Of a stretch of DNA of 32,569 bases, positions 1 to 9,257 are shown one piece after another. Under the pieces are notes generated by a model, which was given only the letters and a program-made list of their open reading frames with translations, was not told the DNA's origin and searched no databases. The stretch spans positions 1 through 32,569 of the forward strand of contig JBHLPB010000003.1 in assembly GCA_048939905.1 (NCBI GenBank), written 5' to 3'. The position numbers and the translations under genes are program-made. Source of the stretch: Promethearchaeota archaeon. Its GTDB lineage: Archaea; Asgardarchaeota; Thorarchaeia; Thorarchaeales; Thorarchaeaceae. Each line of letters begins with the position of its first letter. Positions within the stretch are counted from its first letter, which is position 1.

Positions 1-1540
1 CCTGCAATTGCAAAAGAAAGACGAGAAAAAAGAGAACAGGCTTTAGAAAATCAAGATAACTTGGATAGATGAAGAGCATCGATGCCAGTGCTATATAGAG
101 GAGTCGTCGATCGCGCAAGGCAAATAGAGGTGGAATGGCCCATAACAAGTACCATCCATAGAAGACGTCCCTCGACATTGAGAGTAACAGCATAAGCACA
201 AATGCCGCCAACATACTGAGTTGGAAGTTCGAAACGTGCCTTCCTGGACTAGTCCTCCAGCGCCCCCACGCCAACCGCATCATCAGCACAGTGCCAGCAG
301 CGGCAGAAGCTCCCTTCGCAAAGGCAATGTCAGTGGGATATCTCCAATACACACCAATTCCCGGGTCAAGAAAGGGATAGATCCAGGTGAGTAGAATCAT
401 TATTACAAGAAAGGCAGCAAAGCCAGCGGTAAGGATGTCATATAGCAGAGCAGTCCTGAAACTCTCCAGTAGGGAAACAGATCTAGCTGAGATTACGGCC
501 ATCAGTAGGACTATGCAGAACGCAACCACGATAATGGCAATGAACTCCGTCGGTCCGAGTCGGCTAATGAATCCAAGAGTGGCGTCCAAGAATCCCGTGG
601 ACAGTCCAGGCATTGCGGTTCCAGGAAGTAGGAAATCGCCTCTGAGCCACACCGAGATTGAGAAAGGAACGAAGGTCAAATACATTGCAAGTAATGCTAG
701 AAAGACAAACTTCGCCTTCTTCCGATGCTCCTTGATGTTCAGGAGCAATATAGGAATTAGGAATATCGCATAGGTCTTGGTGGCAGCACCGAGTCCTACC
801 AGAATCGCGCTAGCTTGGTCCCGTCCCTTGATGATGCACCAGATTCCGAGAAGGATAAAGAGATTGGCTATCGGTTCAAAGTGGCCATTGAACCCAGATT
901 CAATAATCGAGAAAGGCAACAGAGCGTAAGCTAACGGGAGAAGAACGCCCGGGCCTGAGACTGCTTTGAACTTTGACATGGTCCAGAGAACCATTACTAT
1001 TGCGAGGTCGAAGGCTATTGACAGCACTCTGAAGCTATCCACTGCCGGCGCAGCTTGGTACACGGCGTAGATCACGTAGCCGAAGACAGGAGGATATGGG
1101 AAGAAGAAATCTGCGTAGGGCATTAGGCCTTGCGCCATGAACTTGCCATAGTCGATGTACCACAGCGCATCCAGTGATATGAGAGTCCCCACACCCAACC
1201 AAGCCATTCTCGGAACAAGCGTAACAACTGTGAGGGCTCCAAGTGTATGCTTTGAGTTGACTGAGAGAGGCGAAGACAATTCGGCTCGCTGCACACGGAA
1301 CAGAACTGCAAGCGTAGCCACATAGAAAGCGGACCAAAGAGATAGCGTCGTGAAGAAGTGATACATTGTGCCGCCGACCGAACGGAGAACCAATGGAGGA
1401 ATCATGTTGGCCGCTATTAGAGAAACCGCAAGCAGAGGAATGCTGGTTGGTTCTGAAAGCTGGGGTACTGACGCATTCGGAGATTGCAGTGAATCGCGCT
1501 TCGTTTCCATTCGCTTCACCAACCATTCAGTAGGCGGCAT
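1..1540 (-). CDS. GT-C fold membrane glycosyltransferase (GT87/DUF2029-like), 3' end runs off the window
   Basis: Absent from the ORF track because there is no stop in the window. Manual translation from ATG 1540 (alternative ATG 1510) gives MPPTEWLVKRMETKRD...LDALWYIDYGKFMAQGLMPYADFFFPYPPVFGY...IIESGFNGHFEPIANL...VFYGWYLLWAIPP...LFIYPSYLDFLKPVLFFLVFLLQLQ, with both ends in the same frame. It has many hydrophobic helices and the D-x-x-x-Y...G-x-x-PY...YPP, E-x3-NGH-x-E and WY-x-x-W motifs typical of GT87-like proteins. Confidence 0.8.
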   Translation of the reverse strand, partial: MPPTEWLVKRMETKRDSLQSPNASVPQLSEPTSIPLLAVSLIAANMIPPLVLRSVGGTMYHFFTTLSLWSAFYVATLAVLFRVQRAELSSPLSVNSKHTLGALTVVTLVPRMAWLGVGTLISLDALWYIDYGKFMAQGLMPYADFFFPYPPVFGYVIYAVYQAAPAVDSFRVLSIAFDLAIVMVLWTMSKFKAVSGPGVLLPLAYALLPFSIIESGFNGHFEPIANLFILLGIWCIIKGRDQASAILVGLGAATKTYAIFLIPILLLNIKEHRKKAKFVFLALLAMYLTFVPFSISVWLRGDFLLPGTAMPGLSTGFLDATLGFISRLGPTEFIAIIVVAFCIVLLMAVISARSVSLLESFRTALLYDILTAGFAAFLVIMILLTWIYPFLDPGIGVYWRYPTDIAFAKGASAAAGTVLMMRLAWGRWRTSPGRHVSNFQLSMLAAFVLMLLLSMSRDVFYGWYLLWAIPPLFALRDRRLLYIALASMLFIYPSYLDFLKPVLFFLVFLLQLQ

Positions 1541-1558
1541 CAGGGAGGAGTCAATCCC

Positions 1559-2269
1559 TCAGGATTGCTGGAGATACCTGATGTAAGCCCGGATAGTCCG
1601 AGGGATGTTCATCTTGCTCAGACCCATCTTCCTTCTATAATCTAGGCTGACCGGCAACTCCTTTATTCTTGCCCCCGCAGCTTGAAGCCGCATCAGAATC
1701 TGCGCTGTGGAGGTGAACTCCACTGTAGTGATGAAGGAATCTCCGAACATCTCAACCGAGCGGCGGAGTGCTTCAATACTGATGCATCGGAATCCAGAGG
1801 TGCTGTCTCTGGCACTGCTTCCTCTTAGACGAAGCAGAATGTTGATAGCCCTGCCAAGGATACGACGATGAAATGGGAGATTGAGTTGCTGACCTCCTGG
1901 AACGTAGCGTGAACGCACAACGACATCGTAGCCCTTGCTGAGCTCAGAAACCATGTCAGGCACTAATGCCGGGTCATGAGTAAGGTCTGAATCCATTGTG
2001 ACAACAGCCGAGCCGTCGCTTCCATTTCCTACAATGTAGGAGATGCCTGTTTTCAATGCGGCTCCCAAGCCTTGGTTCGCTTCATGGTTCAATACAGTTA
2101 CTGGCATCCGCTTGGCATGTTCATGCGCGATGTCACCAGTCGTATCGGTGGACCCGTCATTGATGAGTATGATTTGATACTCATGAGCCGCCTGTGCTAT
2201 CGCATGAAACAACGCCGGGAGGTTCTCCTCTTCGTTGTAGGCGGGCAACAGGAAATAGACCGGTTTCAT
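1559..2269 (-). CDS. GT2 glycosyltransferase, polyprenol/dolichol-phosphate sugar synthase (DPM1-like)
   Basis: 236 aa; motifs LPAYNEEENL, INDGSTDTT, NQGLGAAL, TMDSDLTHDP, DSTSGFR, RKMGLSKM. Confidence 0.9.
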   Translation of the reverse strand: MKPVYFLLPAYNEEENLPALFHAIAQAAHEYQIILINDGSTDTTGDIAHEHAKRMPVTVLNHEANQGLGAALKTGISYIVGNGSDGSAVVTMDSDLTHDPALVPDMVSELSKGYDVVVRSRYVPGGQQLNLPFHRRILGRAINILLRLRGSSARDSTSGFRCISIEALRRSVEMFGDSFITTVEFTSTAQILMRLQAAGARIKELPVSLDYRRKMGLSKMNIPRTIRAYIRYLQQS

Positions 2270-2306
2270 CGGGATGCCCCAACTGTGCTGTCAATCTGGC
2301 AGCGGA

Positions 2307-2312
2307 TTATAA
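2307..2312 (-). promoter_or_regulatory. candidate TATA box for the GT2 gene
   Basis: TTATAA about 38 nt upstream of the ATG at 2269; inferred from position only. Confidence 0.35.
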
Positions 2313-2384
2313 GTACCTATCCTGCGCAGAAGGGGTATTCAGTTGCCGAAGAAAGCTGCATGTACGACTTCGACGATTGAATGA

Positions 2385-2615
2385 TTAATCCACATTCTCA
2401 GACTGTAATGCCATCTCTTCCCAGAGCTCAAGCCGTTTCCTTGCTTCGTCTTCGTCGATTCGCTCGATAGCATATCCAGTGTGGACAATAACGTACTCCC
2501 CCTCCTGCACCGCCGGCAGAAGAGATACACACACCCTCTTCCGCACACCTCCGAAATCTACATCCGCGTAATCGCCGTCAATACTCTTGACGAGTCCCGG
2601 CACTGCCAGACACAT
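2385..2615 (-). CDS. hypC: [NiFe]-hydrogenase maturation chaperone HypC/HupF
   Basis: 76 aa; N-terminal MCLAVPG, A-x-VDFGGV and GEYVIVHTGYAI signatures. Confidence 0.95.
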   Translation of the reverse strand: MCLAVPGLVKSIDGDYADVDFGGVRKRVCVSLLPAVQEGEYVIVHTGYAIERIDEDEARKRLELWEEMALQSENVD

Positions 2616-2709
2616 TGCAGTGCAAGAGCGTTGGGATTCTCTTTAGAATCTTGTGACCTGAACGAGTTTCAAATCGGTGTTCAATGACTGAGTCATATCG
2701 AAGCGGCAC

Positions 2710-3813
2710 TCAACTGACCGGTCTCCAACAGATTCCGAGCTCGTCGGCCTTTTCAAACGCTTCTTGCATCTCTTCCCTGCTGACTCCCCTAGCTATGTCA
2801 TGAAATTTGTCCTTCTCCCATAGAACCTTGTGTTCTGGTCGATATTGCCCCATGATGTTCACCATGCAGTCAGGCATGTTCTCAGCGACCCACTCGAGAA
2901 TGGGGTTAGTACAACAGTCCAGATGATTGGGCATGACCAAGTGTCGTATGATCACTTCTCCATGACTGTAAGCAATCAGATGATTCCTTGAGACTATGCT
3001 GAAATAGTCCTTCACGCCTGAGAGTCGTTCGGCACATTCGGGGTTTCCATACTTGAAATCTGGCAGCCATACATCGAAGACATCGGCGAGCAGACGCATG
3101 GTGTCTTGGGAGCAGTAGAGGTTTGAGTTCCAGAGCTGTGTCACGTTTGAAGTGAGGTACTTCATCGATCCGAGTATAGTGTGAGTGTTGGGGATGGGGT
3201 CACCGCCCACGTAGTTTATGTTCAAAGCCCCGTCTCTGAAGAGGGTCTCGGCGACCGCCGCTAGCTTCTTCACATCTACGACATGACCCGAATTGGGGTT
3301 CGTGGAAATGTCGTTGTTCTGACAGAACACACAACCGAAGCAACACGAGGAGAAGAAGATCGTACCACTGGGAACCAACGGAGCCTCCTCTCCAGTATGC
3401 AGGAAGGCCGACGAAACACGAGACTCGCTCCCAAGCTTGCACCATCCCTTCTCGTCACGAGTCCTATCTGCGCCGCACTTGCGCTCACAGAAGTGACACT
3501 CTGAGAGCACTCTGTTAGCAAGCTCAATCTTCAGGTCTAGAAAGGAAACCGTCGTCCTCTCTTTGAGGGTAGCGCGTGGTTCACCTGAGTCCACCTTGTC
3601 CAAGTACATCTTGTGCCTCTGAGACAGCTCAGAGTGCACATCCCAGAGTTCCTCGGCGGATTCATCAAGTGGCGTGTCGCATTCTAGGTCTCTCGATAGG
3701 AGGTACTTTGCCACTCGTTCCTGATCGATAATCCCTCTGTATCTTCTTAGTCTGCGAATCGTTTCCGGATCTTTCCAGACTCTAAGCGAGTCGGGTCTGA
3801 AGAACTTCCACAT
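2710..3813 (-). CDS. Radical SAM protein, PflX-like (pyruvate formate-lyase activating enzyme-related) family
   Basis: CxxxCxxC (CCFGCVFCQN), N-terminal CHFCERKC-x-A-x-R...GWC, HTGEEAPL, NINYVGGDP, WNSN-x-Y, LPDFKY, IIRHLVMP and NIMGQYRP motifs. Confidence 0.88.
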   Translation of the reverse strand: MWKFFRPDSLRVWKDPETIRRLRRYRGIIDQERVAKYLLSRDLECDTPLDESAEELWDVHSELSQRHKMYLDKVDSGEPRATLKERTTVSFLDLKIELANRVLSECHFCERKCGADRTRDEKGWCKLGSESRVSSAFLHTGEEAPLVPSGTIFFSSCCFGCVFCQNNDISTNPNSGHVVDVKKLAAVAETLFRDGALNINYVGGDPIPNTHTILGSMKYLTSNVTQLWNSNLYCSQDTMRLLADVFDVWLPDFKYGNPECAERLSGVKDYFSIVSRNHLIAYSHGEVIIRHLVMPNHLDCCTNPILEWVAENMPDCMVNIMGQYRPEHKVLWEKDKFHDIARGVSREEMQEAFEKADELGICWRPVS

Positions 3814-3839
3814 GGTCGCTCGCCTATTGTGGGCAGTCG

Positions 3840-3845
3840 ATAAAA
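3840..3845 (-). promoter_or_regulatory. candidate TATA box (leaderless transcript of the radical SAM gene)
   Basis: TTTTAT on the minus strand about 27 nt upstream of ATG 3813. Confidence 0.35.
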
Positions 3846-3866
3846 GGTCTGCGAGATGGCTTAATG

Positions 3867-4859
3867 CTAGATAAGAGCTGAATGCTTCCCACTCTCGGGG
3901 CCTCCTTCCACCTGTTGAATTGAGGCGATGAGAGCCTGCAACCGTTTCAAAATCCAGCTCCTTGTCAGATTTCGATCAGATTTCCAGAGTCTTGCATCAA
4001 GAAGAAGATCCTTTTGCACTGAGGGTTCCGTTAGAAATGCGCAATTGCTGGGAAGGGCTTCATCTTTGAAGTACCAGTCCCGAAATCGTGATGCGTGGTC
4101 TGCGTTTCTCTCTGGATGGCTGTAGTTATCGAGTCGACACCAATTTGCTGCAAACACAGCGTCTACAGTCTGAACGGTTTCCTCCAACTCTGCAGACTCC
4201 TCGAAGATAGCGCCAGATTGAGTAGCCCGCTCACTGGCATCACGAGTGACCCGTTTCAGCAAGGAGAAGTCAGGCGGTGAAGCTAGAACGACATCTGCAC
4301 CCAGTGACGCGAGAATAAGAAGTAAGCTATGAGCCGTATTCGGCAAAACGAACTTCGATCCGAATCCCCAACAGACTGCAATCCTCTTGCCTTTCAAGCC
4401 GCCAAGGTGTTCCCAGAATGAAGCCGCCACACCGAGTGCCGGCTGCGGAGCGAAGACTTCGTCAGCCAAGCTGATCGTGGGGACTTCAGAGATTCTTGCG
4501 AATTCTTCTGTGATTGCACGACCAGCCCCCAGTGTTTCCCGATCTATGAAACCAGTCACGAGGATATCAACAGCTTGACTGAACATTGACAATTCGTTGG
4601 TGAGGGCTTCATCAGATTTGGCCTTGACGTCATCCCATCCGAGAGCAACATGGCGATATCCAAGCCGGGCGGAAGCCAGTTGAAGCACTCTTGATTCGGT
4701 AGACGATACTCCATGTAGTAATGAACCTACAAGTTTCGCAACATGCATTCCATCAATGGCCATTGATGAGACAAGTCCTTCATGGCCTAGCGTCGCCTGA
4801 ATCAAATCCTCCAATGCTTTGCTGGATAGACTGTGCATGCAGCTCAGCCAACTGTACAC
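3867..4859 (-). CDS. Transcarbamylase-fold protein, YgeW-like (knotted carbamoyltransferase) with degenerate active site
   Basis: LKGKRIAVCWGFGSKFVLPNTAHSLLLILASLGADVVLASPPDFSL...ATQSGAIFEESAELEETVQTVDAVFAANW resembles the second domain of YgeW/AOTCase. The STRTR, HPxQ and HCLP motifs appear as STESR, APQP and TEPS. Start more likely at GTG 4859 (GGAG upstream) than at ATG 4904. Confidence 0.75.
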   Translation of the reverse strand: MYSWLSCMHSLSSKALEDLIQATLGHEGLVSSMAIDGMHVAKLVGSLLHGVSSTESRVLQLASARLGYRHVALGWDDVKAKSDEALTNELSMFSQAVDILVTGFIDRETLGAGRAITEEFARISEVPTISLADEVFAPQPALGVAASFWEHLGGLKGKRIAVCWGFGSKFVLPNTAHSLLLILASLGADVVLASPPDFSLLKRVTRDASERATQSGAIFEESAELEETVQTVDAVFAANWCRLDNYSHPERNADHASRFRDWYFKDEALPSNCAFLTEPSVQKDLLLDARLWKSDRNLTRSWILKRLQALIASIQQVEGGPESGKHSALI

Positions 4860-4982
4860 GAGTCTTCTCCGATAAAGGCTTCGCGATTGATGCTGCGAAA
4901 TCATGAAGTCCGTGGGCTTCGACCGATAGTCGCCGAACCAAATCTTTAATCGGAGCTGGTGGTCGCTATCATTTGAACCGAG

Positions 4983-5750
4983 ATGAAGAAGCTCCTAGTA
5001 ACTCTCACGGTAGCTGAGAGCAAACGGCTTATTGCCAAGGGACTCCTGGCGACAGATGCAGTGCAGGGAGCCATAAAGAGCGGGTATCTCTGTGTGACTC
5101 TTGGTACAACCTCTGCGTATCTTGTCGAAGAGATGCTTGGAAACTACGACAAGACCAAGCATATAGCTGGCCTCGTAGTTCCAAAGGGACTCTCTGTGAC
5201 GAACAGGGACATTCGGTCCTCTGATGCGATCTTTCACAAGGGTAAGCATATCAAAGGAAAGAAGGTGATTGATGTGCTTGACGAGCTGGGGCCAGGCGAC
5301 GTGATCATCAAGAGTGCAAACGCCCTTGATGCAAACTATGTTCCGATTGTATTACTGGCGAGTCGTACAGGAGGCACTGTGGGGACCTTCATGAGTCCTG
5401 CAGCCGCTCGGAACATCACGGTAATCATGCCCGTTGGCCTCGAGAAATGCATCCCTGCACTATATGATGACTTTCGCAACGAGTTCGGAATGGACGACTG
5501 GGACTATGCTATTGGTACACCAGTGGGTGTAATCTCAATTCCCGGAGCCACTGCTTTCACAGAGATTGAGGCACTAGATGCACTGTTTGAAGTATCAGCA
5601 ATGCCCATCTCTGCTGGAGGGATAAACGGGGCTGAAGGCTCGGTGACGTTGTTCATATCAGGAGAGGAAGAGAACACAAGAAAAGCATTCGAGTTCCTTA
5701 AGGGAATAAAGGGGGAGCCACCATTCCCTCTCGTAGAACATGTGAAGTAG
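4983..5750 (+). CDS. Conserved hypothetical protein (alpha/beta, possibly CoA-transferase/isomerase-like fold)
   Basis: 255 aa, ordinary protein-like composition; LT-x-AESKRLIAKG, GTT, DVIIKSANA, GGT-x-G, PVGLEK, TEIEAL and AGG-x-x-GAEG motifs suggest a conserved family; TATA-like TTTAAT at about 4945. Confidence 0.7.
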   Translation: MKKLLVTLTVAESKRLIAKGLLATDAVQGAIKSGYLCVTLGTTSAYLVEEMLGNYDKTKHIAGLVVPKGLSVTNRDIRSSDAIFHKGKHIKGKKVIDVLDELGPGDVIIKSANALDANYVPIVLLASRTGGTVGTFMSPAAARNITVIMPVGLEKCIPALYDDFRNEFGMDDWDYAIGTPVGVISIPGATAFTEIEALDALFEVSAMPISAGGINGAEGSVTLFISGEEENTRKAFEFLKGIKGEPPFPLVEHVK

Positions 5751-5786
5751 ATGAGAGAGCCCTGCCAAACGAGGAGCAACTGCGCT

Positions 5787-6551
5787 ATGACCGATACTGT
5801 GATTCGGACTGAATCTCTGACGAAGATCTTCGAAAAGGGTAAGAAACGCGAAGTTGTTGCACTTGACAAAGTGAGTATGGAGATTGGTCGCGGAGAAGTG
5901 TTCGGGCTCCTCGGCCCCAACGGGGCTGGCAAGACCACACTCATCAGAATCCTAATTGGTCTACTTGCACCGACCGCAGGAAATGCTTGGGTCTTGGGAC
6001 GTGATGTCACGCAGGATATTGACTACATCCGTGAGAGAGTGTCACTACTCCCTCAAGAGGCCGGAATCTATGAGCGGCTCACAGCTCGAGAGAATCTGGT
6101 CTACTATGGAGGCCTCTATGGTATTCCTGACGACGATCTTCACAACAGAGCTGACAGATTGCTGGACACGGTCGGTCTTCGCGAGAAGGAGGATTATCAA
6201 GTCAAAGGATTCAGCGGCGGAATGAAACGAAAGGTGCTGGTTGCTAGAGCACTGATAATAGAACCTGAGATTGTGTTCATGGACGAGCCGACTACTGGAG
6301 TCGATACGATAGGTGCACGTGTTGTCCGTAATGTGTTGAAGAAGTTGAGTTCTGAACAGAAGAGGACAATCATCCTTACGACACACGACTTGAATGAGGT
6401 CGCCGAGTTGTGTGATCGTGTGGGAATCTTGAACGAGGGCAATCTCGTGGCAGTAGGGAAGCCAAGCGAGCTGGAGAAGGAATTCAAGGCTGCAGACTTG
6501 GAGGAGGTCTTCATGGGGCTTGTCACAGGTGAAGGCGTATACGAGCAGTAA
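5787..6551 (+). CDS. ABC transporter ATP-binding protein (ABC-2 exporter type)
   Basis: Walker A GPNGAGKT, signature FSGGMKRK, Walker B VFMDEPT, H-loop TTHDL; ATG 5787 is a more plausible start than 5751. Confidence 0.95.
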   Translation: MTDTVIRTESLTKIFEKGKKREVVALDKVSMEIGRGEVFGLLGPNGAGKTTLIRILIGLLAPTAGNAWVLGRDVTQDIDYIRERVSLLPQEAGIYERLTARENLVYYGGLYGIPDDDLHNRADRLLDTVGLREKEDYQVKGFSGGMKRKVLVARALIIEPEIVFMDEPTTGVDTIGARVVRNVLKKLSSEQKRTIILTTHDLNEVAELCDRVGILNEGNLVAVGKPSELEKEFKAADLEEVFMGLVTGEGVYEQ

Positions 6552-6559
6552 GAGGAAAG

Positions 6560-7771
6560 GTGATTAAACTGGTACGGAAAGGGCCTGACAGGAAGATGAT
6601 ATGGCTAATCAAGAAGGAGGTCAAGTCACTCTTCCGGTCCCGGTGGCTAATCTTTGGCCTTATGATCAGCCCTCTTTTCGCATGGATGTTCGAGGGTGTC
6701 TTCCTCTCCTTTGTTGTGGCGCAAACCAGTGCCGAGCCTGAAACTGTCTACATAACACTTGAGGATGAAGGCATTTGGGGGAACACTCTCTATAGTGCTA
6801 TCGAGGGGAACATGACACCACTCCTTATCGAAGAACTGCTGAATGTCACAAGATCTGATGGTGACAATATGGTTGCCAACAGGACCCTATCCGTTTGGAT
6901 TCTAATCCCTGAGAATTTCACTCAAGAGTTGGAAGCGTCCACCAACAGCACGTTGGTTGTTTGGGTAAACACAGGCAACTTCAGGGCAACGGCTGCAGCG
7001 CAGAGGATTGACGCATTTGCGAAACAAGTCATTAACGAGATAGTAGTTATCAGAAACCTTCGTGTGGACTGGTACACTATCACCCCTGAAGCGACATACG
7101 GGCACTCCCTTGCCATATTCTTGGTAATGATAGTGTCTGTGATGGCACCATCACCATATGTCGGGCAGTCATTTGCAGGGGAGAGAGAGAAACACACACT
7201 AGAGGCGCTTCTCGTAGTTCCGATGAGCAGGGTCAGCATTCTCATTGCCAAACTGATTGCGGGACTTGCGCTCACGATGCTCTACTCAATCTTCACAGTG
7301 TTCGGTATCTTGATTTACAATTGGTCAATAGAAGTACGAGCGGTAGGCCTTCCTCCCGCAGCAATGGCCTACTATGTCAACCTCTATACTGTCAATTCGT
7401 CAGCCATCCCGCTCATATTCTTCTGTCAGCTGCTTATCCTTATCTGCGCAATTAGCATCGGGATTGTGGTGTCGAGTCTTGCGCGGGATCAGGCCACTGC
7501 CGAATCCATCAACAATCTCATACTCTTGATTCCTACTATGGTGATAGGTATCCTGGGCTTCACCGGAAGTATACTTCAGTACGGAGGCGTGTTTGGTGTC
7601 TTCGTCCTTTCGATACCATTCAGTCATGCGATTCTGTTCCTCAACGGTGTGCTCTCTGGTGTGGCTACGCCAGCCAGCCTCCTCGGAAATGTGGTCTACA
7701 TGCTTGCGTTTGCGCTAGTATTCCTGGTAATTGGTGCCAAGCTATTCGAGCGTGAGGCTATCATCGCATAG
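6560..7771 (+). CDS. ABC-2 type transporter permease (NatB-like)
   Basis: IKKEVKSLFR N-terminus, one TM helix, an extracytoplasmic domain, FAGEREKHTLEALLVVPMSR...AKL motif, then several TM helices. Confidence 0.92.
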   Translation: MIKLVRKGPDRKMIWLIKKEVKSLFRSRWLIFGLMISPLFAWMFEGVFLSFVVAQTSAEPETVYITLEDEGIWGNTLYSAIEGNMTPLLIEELLNVTRSDGDNMVANRTLSVWILIPENFTQELEASTNSTLVVWVNTGNFRATAAAQRIDAFAKQVINEIVVIRNLRVDWYTITPEATYGHSLAIFLVMIVSVMAPSPYVGQSFAGEREKHTLEALLVVPMSRVSILIAKLIAGLALTMLYSIFTVFGILIYNWSIEVRAVGLPPAAMAYYVNLYTVNSSAIPLIFFCQLLILICAISIGIVVSSLARDQATAESINNLILLIPTMVIGILGFTGSILQYGGVFGVFVLSIPFSHAILFLNGVLSGVATPASLLGNVVYMLAFALVFLVIGAKLFEREAIIA

Positions 7772-7786
7772 TATGGAGTCCTTGGA

Positions 7787-9205
7787 CTAATCCAATGGCC
7801 ACTTGGGTGTAATCTTGACATCAGCCCTTTCCATGAGTGATTGATTATGTTCACGCGCTCGCTGAATCACACTCTCCTCATCGAGTGTGAGGAGCTTCTT
7901 GCCCTGCATCAAGAGACGGCCATTGACCATCACAGTGTCAACTGCATAGCCACTTCCCGAATAGACAAGGTTCGAAACCGGGTTCGTGTTGGGAGTCAGG
8001 CCAAGATCATTCATGTCGACCAAGATGATATCTGCCAGTTTTCCTGGCTCGAGAGACCCCACCGTTTCAGCAATACCCATGGCTTTGGCGCCGCCCAGTG
8101 TTGCCATCTCAATTGCCTGCTCAGCAGTCACTACAAGAGGGTCATCGGCCTTGGCTTTGTGAATCAGTGCGGCCAATCGCAACTCCCGGATCATGTCATA
8201 GGTGTTGTTGCTGGGTCCTCCATCGCAACCCAGCGACACAGGCACTCCCAGCTCCAGCATCTCAGGGACTCTGGCAAAGCCTGAAGCTAGCTTCATGTTG
8301 CTTGCTGGACAATGTGAGATATTCGACTGGGTTACAGCCAGGCGATTCAGGTCGGCATCATCAAGATGTATACCATGCGCGAAGACCATGTCGGGCCCAA
8401 GTAGCCCCATCTCTTGAGCAAACTCAGTAAGACCCATCTCAAAGTTGTTTCGGACAAATCTTACATCATCCACGACCTCTCCCAAGTGCATGGTCATCCG
8501 TGTGTCCTTCTCTCTGCTCAGTCGAACTACTTCTTTGAACAAGTCGGGAGTGACCGCGCCAAGAGAACGCAATCCATACCACACCTGTAGACGGCCATCC
8601 GCTTTCCCATGCCACTTGGAGTACATTCTGTCGGTTTCCTCCAAGCACGCGTCACGATCTTCAATCATGCCGTGATACATGATGTCCTCGCTATCGGCAT
8701 AGCCGGTTGAGTCCATCACAATCTTGGACAGAGCACCACGCATGCCGACCTTCTCTACCGACTCTGCAATCTTGTCAAAGCCATAGCGAGTGTGAATCAT
8801 GCATTCTAGGAACGAAGTGGTCCCAGTTCTAATCATCTCCGCCATGCATAGCTCCGCAGACACCTTGCCGTCATCGCCAGTGAAATTGCCTTGAAGCACC
8901 CAAACATAGCTCTTAAGCCAGTCAACGAGAGATACATCGTCGGCACAGCCTCTAATGAGTGCCTGGGCGAGATGAACGTGAGTGTCGATAAGCCCAGGCA
9001 TGACAATCATGTTTCTTGCATCAAGAATGAGCTCCGCCTTTGTGTCGCTGAGCTCTTCGGTCTTTCCGACACTGTTGATTTTGCCATCTTCTATATGGAC
9101 AGCACCGTCAGCGATTATCCTGCGCGTCTTATCCAGAGTTAGAACATAGCCATTCTTGATGAGAACGGATCTTGCAGATTTCAAGTCGATGACCCAAATG
9201 CACAC
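7787..9205 (-). CDS. Metal-dependent amidohydrolase, MTA/SAH-deaminase / SsnA / AtzA-TrzA family (probable purine or nucleoside deaminase)
   Basis: PGLIDTHVH, GTTS, MHLGE, AHGIH, HCPASNMKL, LGCDG and GSLEPGKLAD motifs; true start may be TTG 9184. Confidence 0.9.
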   Translation of the reverse strand: MCIWVIDLKSARSVLIKNGYVLTLDKTRRIIADGAVHIEDGKINSVGKTEELSDTKAELILDARNMIVMPGLIDTHVHLAQALIRGCADDVSLVDWLKSYVWVLQGNFTGDDGKVSAELCMAEMIRTGTTSFLECMIHTRYGFDKIAESVEKVGMRGALSKIVMDSTGYADSEDIMYHGMIEDRDACLEETDRMYSKWHGKADGRLQVWYGLRSLGAVTPDLFKEVVRLSREKDTRMTMHLGEVVDDVRFVRNNFEMGLTEFAQEMGLLGPDMVFAHGIHLDDADLNRLAVTQSNISHCPASNMKLASGFARVPEMLELGVPVSLGCDGGPSNNTYDMIRELRLAALIHKAKADDPLVVTAEQAIEMATLGGAKAMGIAETVGSLEPGKLADIILVDMNDLGLTPNTNPVSNLVYSGSGYAVDTVMVNGRLLMQGKKLLTLDEESVIQRAREHNQSLMERADVKITPKWPLD

Positions 9206-9257
9206 ATATCTGGTCTAGGTCATAATGGTTGTGGTCTATGGGGTGAGCCCCTCATGA

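Noticed and set aside
387-1586. Track ORFs 387-773(+), 1035-1526(-), 1123-1323(-) and 1368-1586(+)
   Set aside because: Shadow or off-frame ORFs over the GT-C gene, whose frame carries recognisable motifs.
5748-5753. TAG immediately followed by an in-frame ATG (possible readthrough fusion of the hypothetical protein with the ABC ATPase)
   Set aside because: The ATPase more plausibly starts at ATG 5787, the intervening residues look non-conserved, and TAG ends many clearly complete genes in this window.
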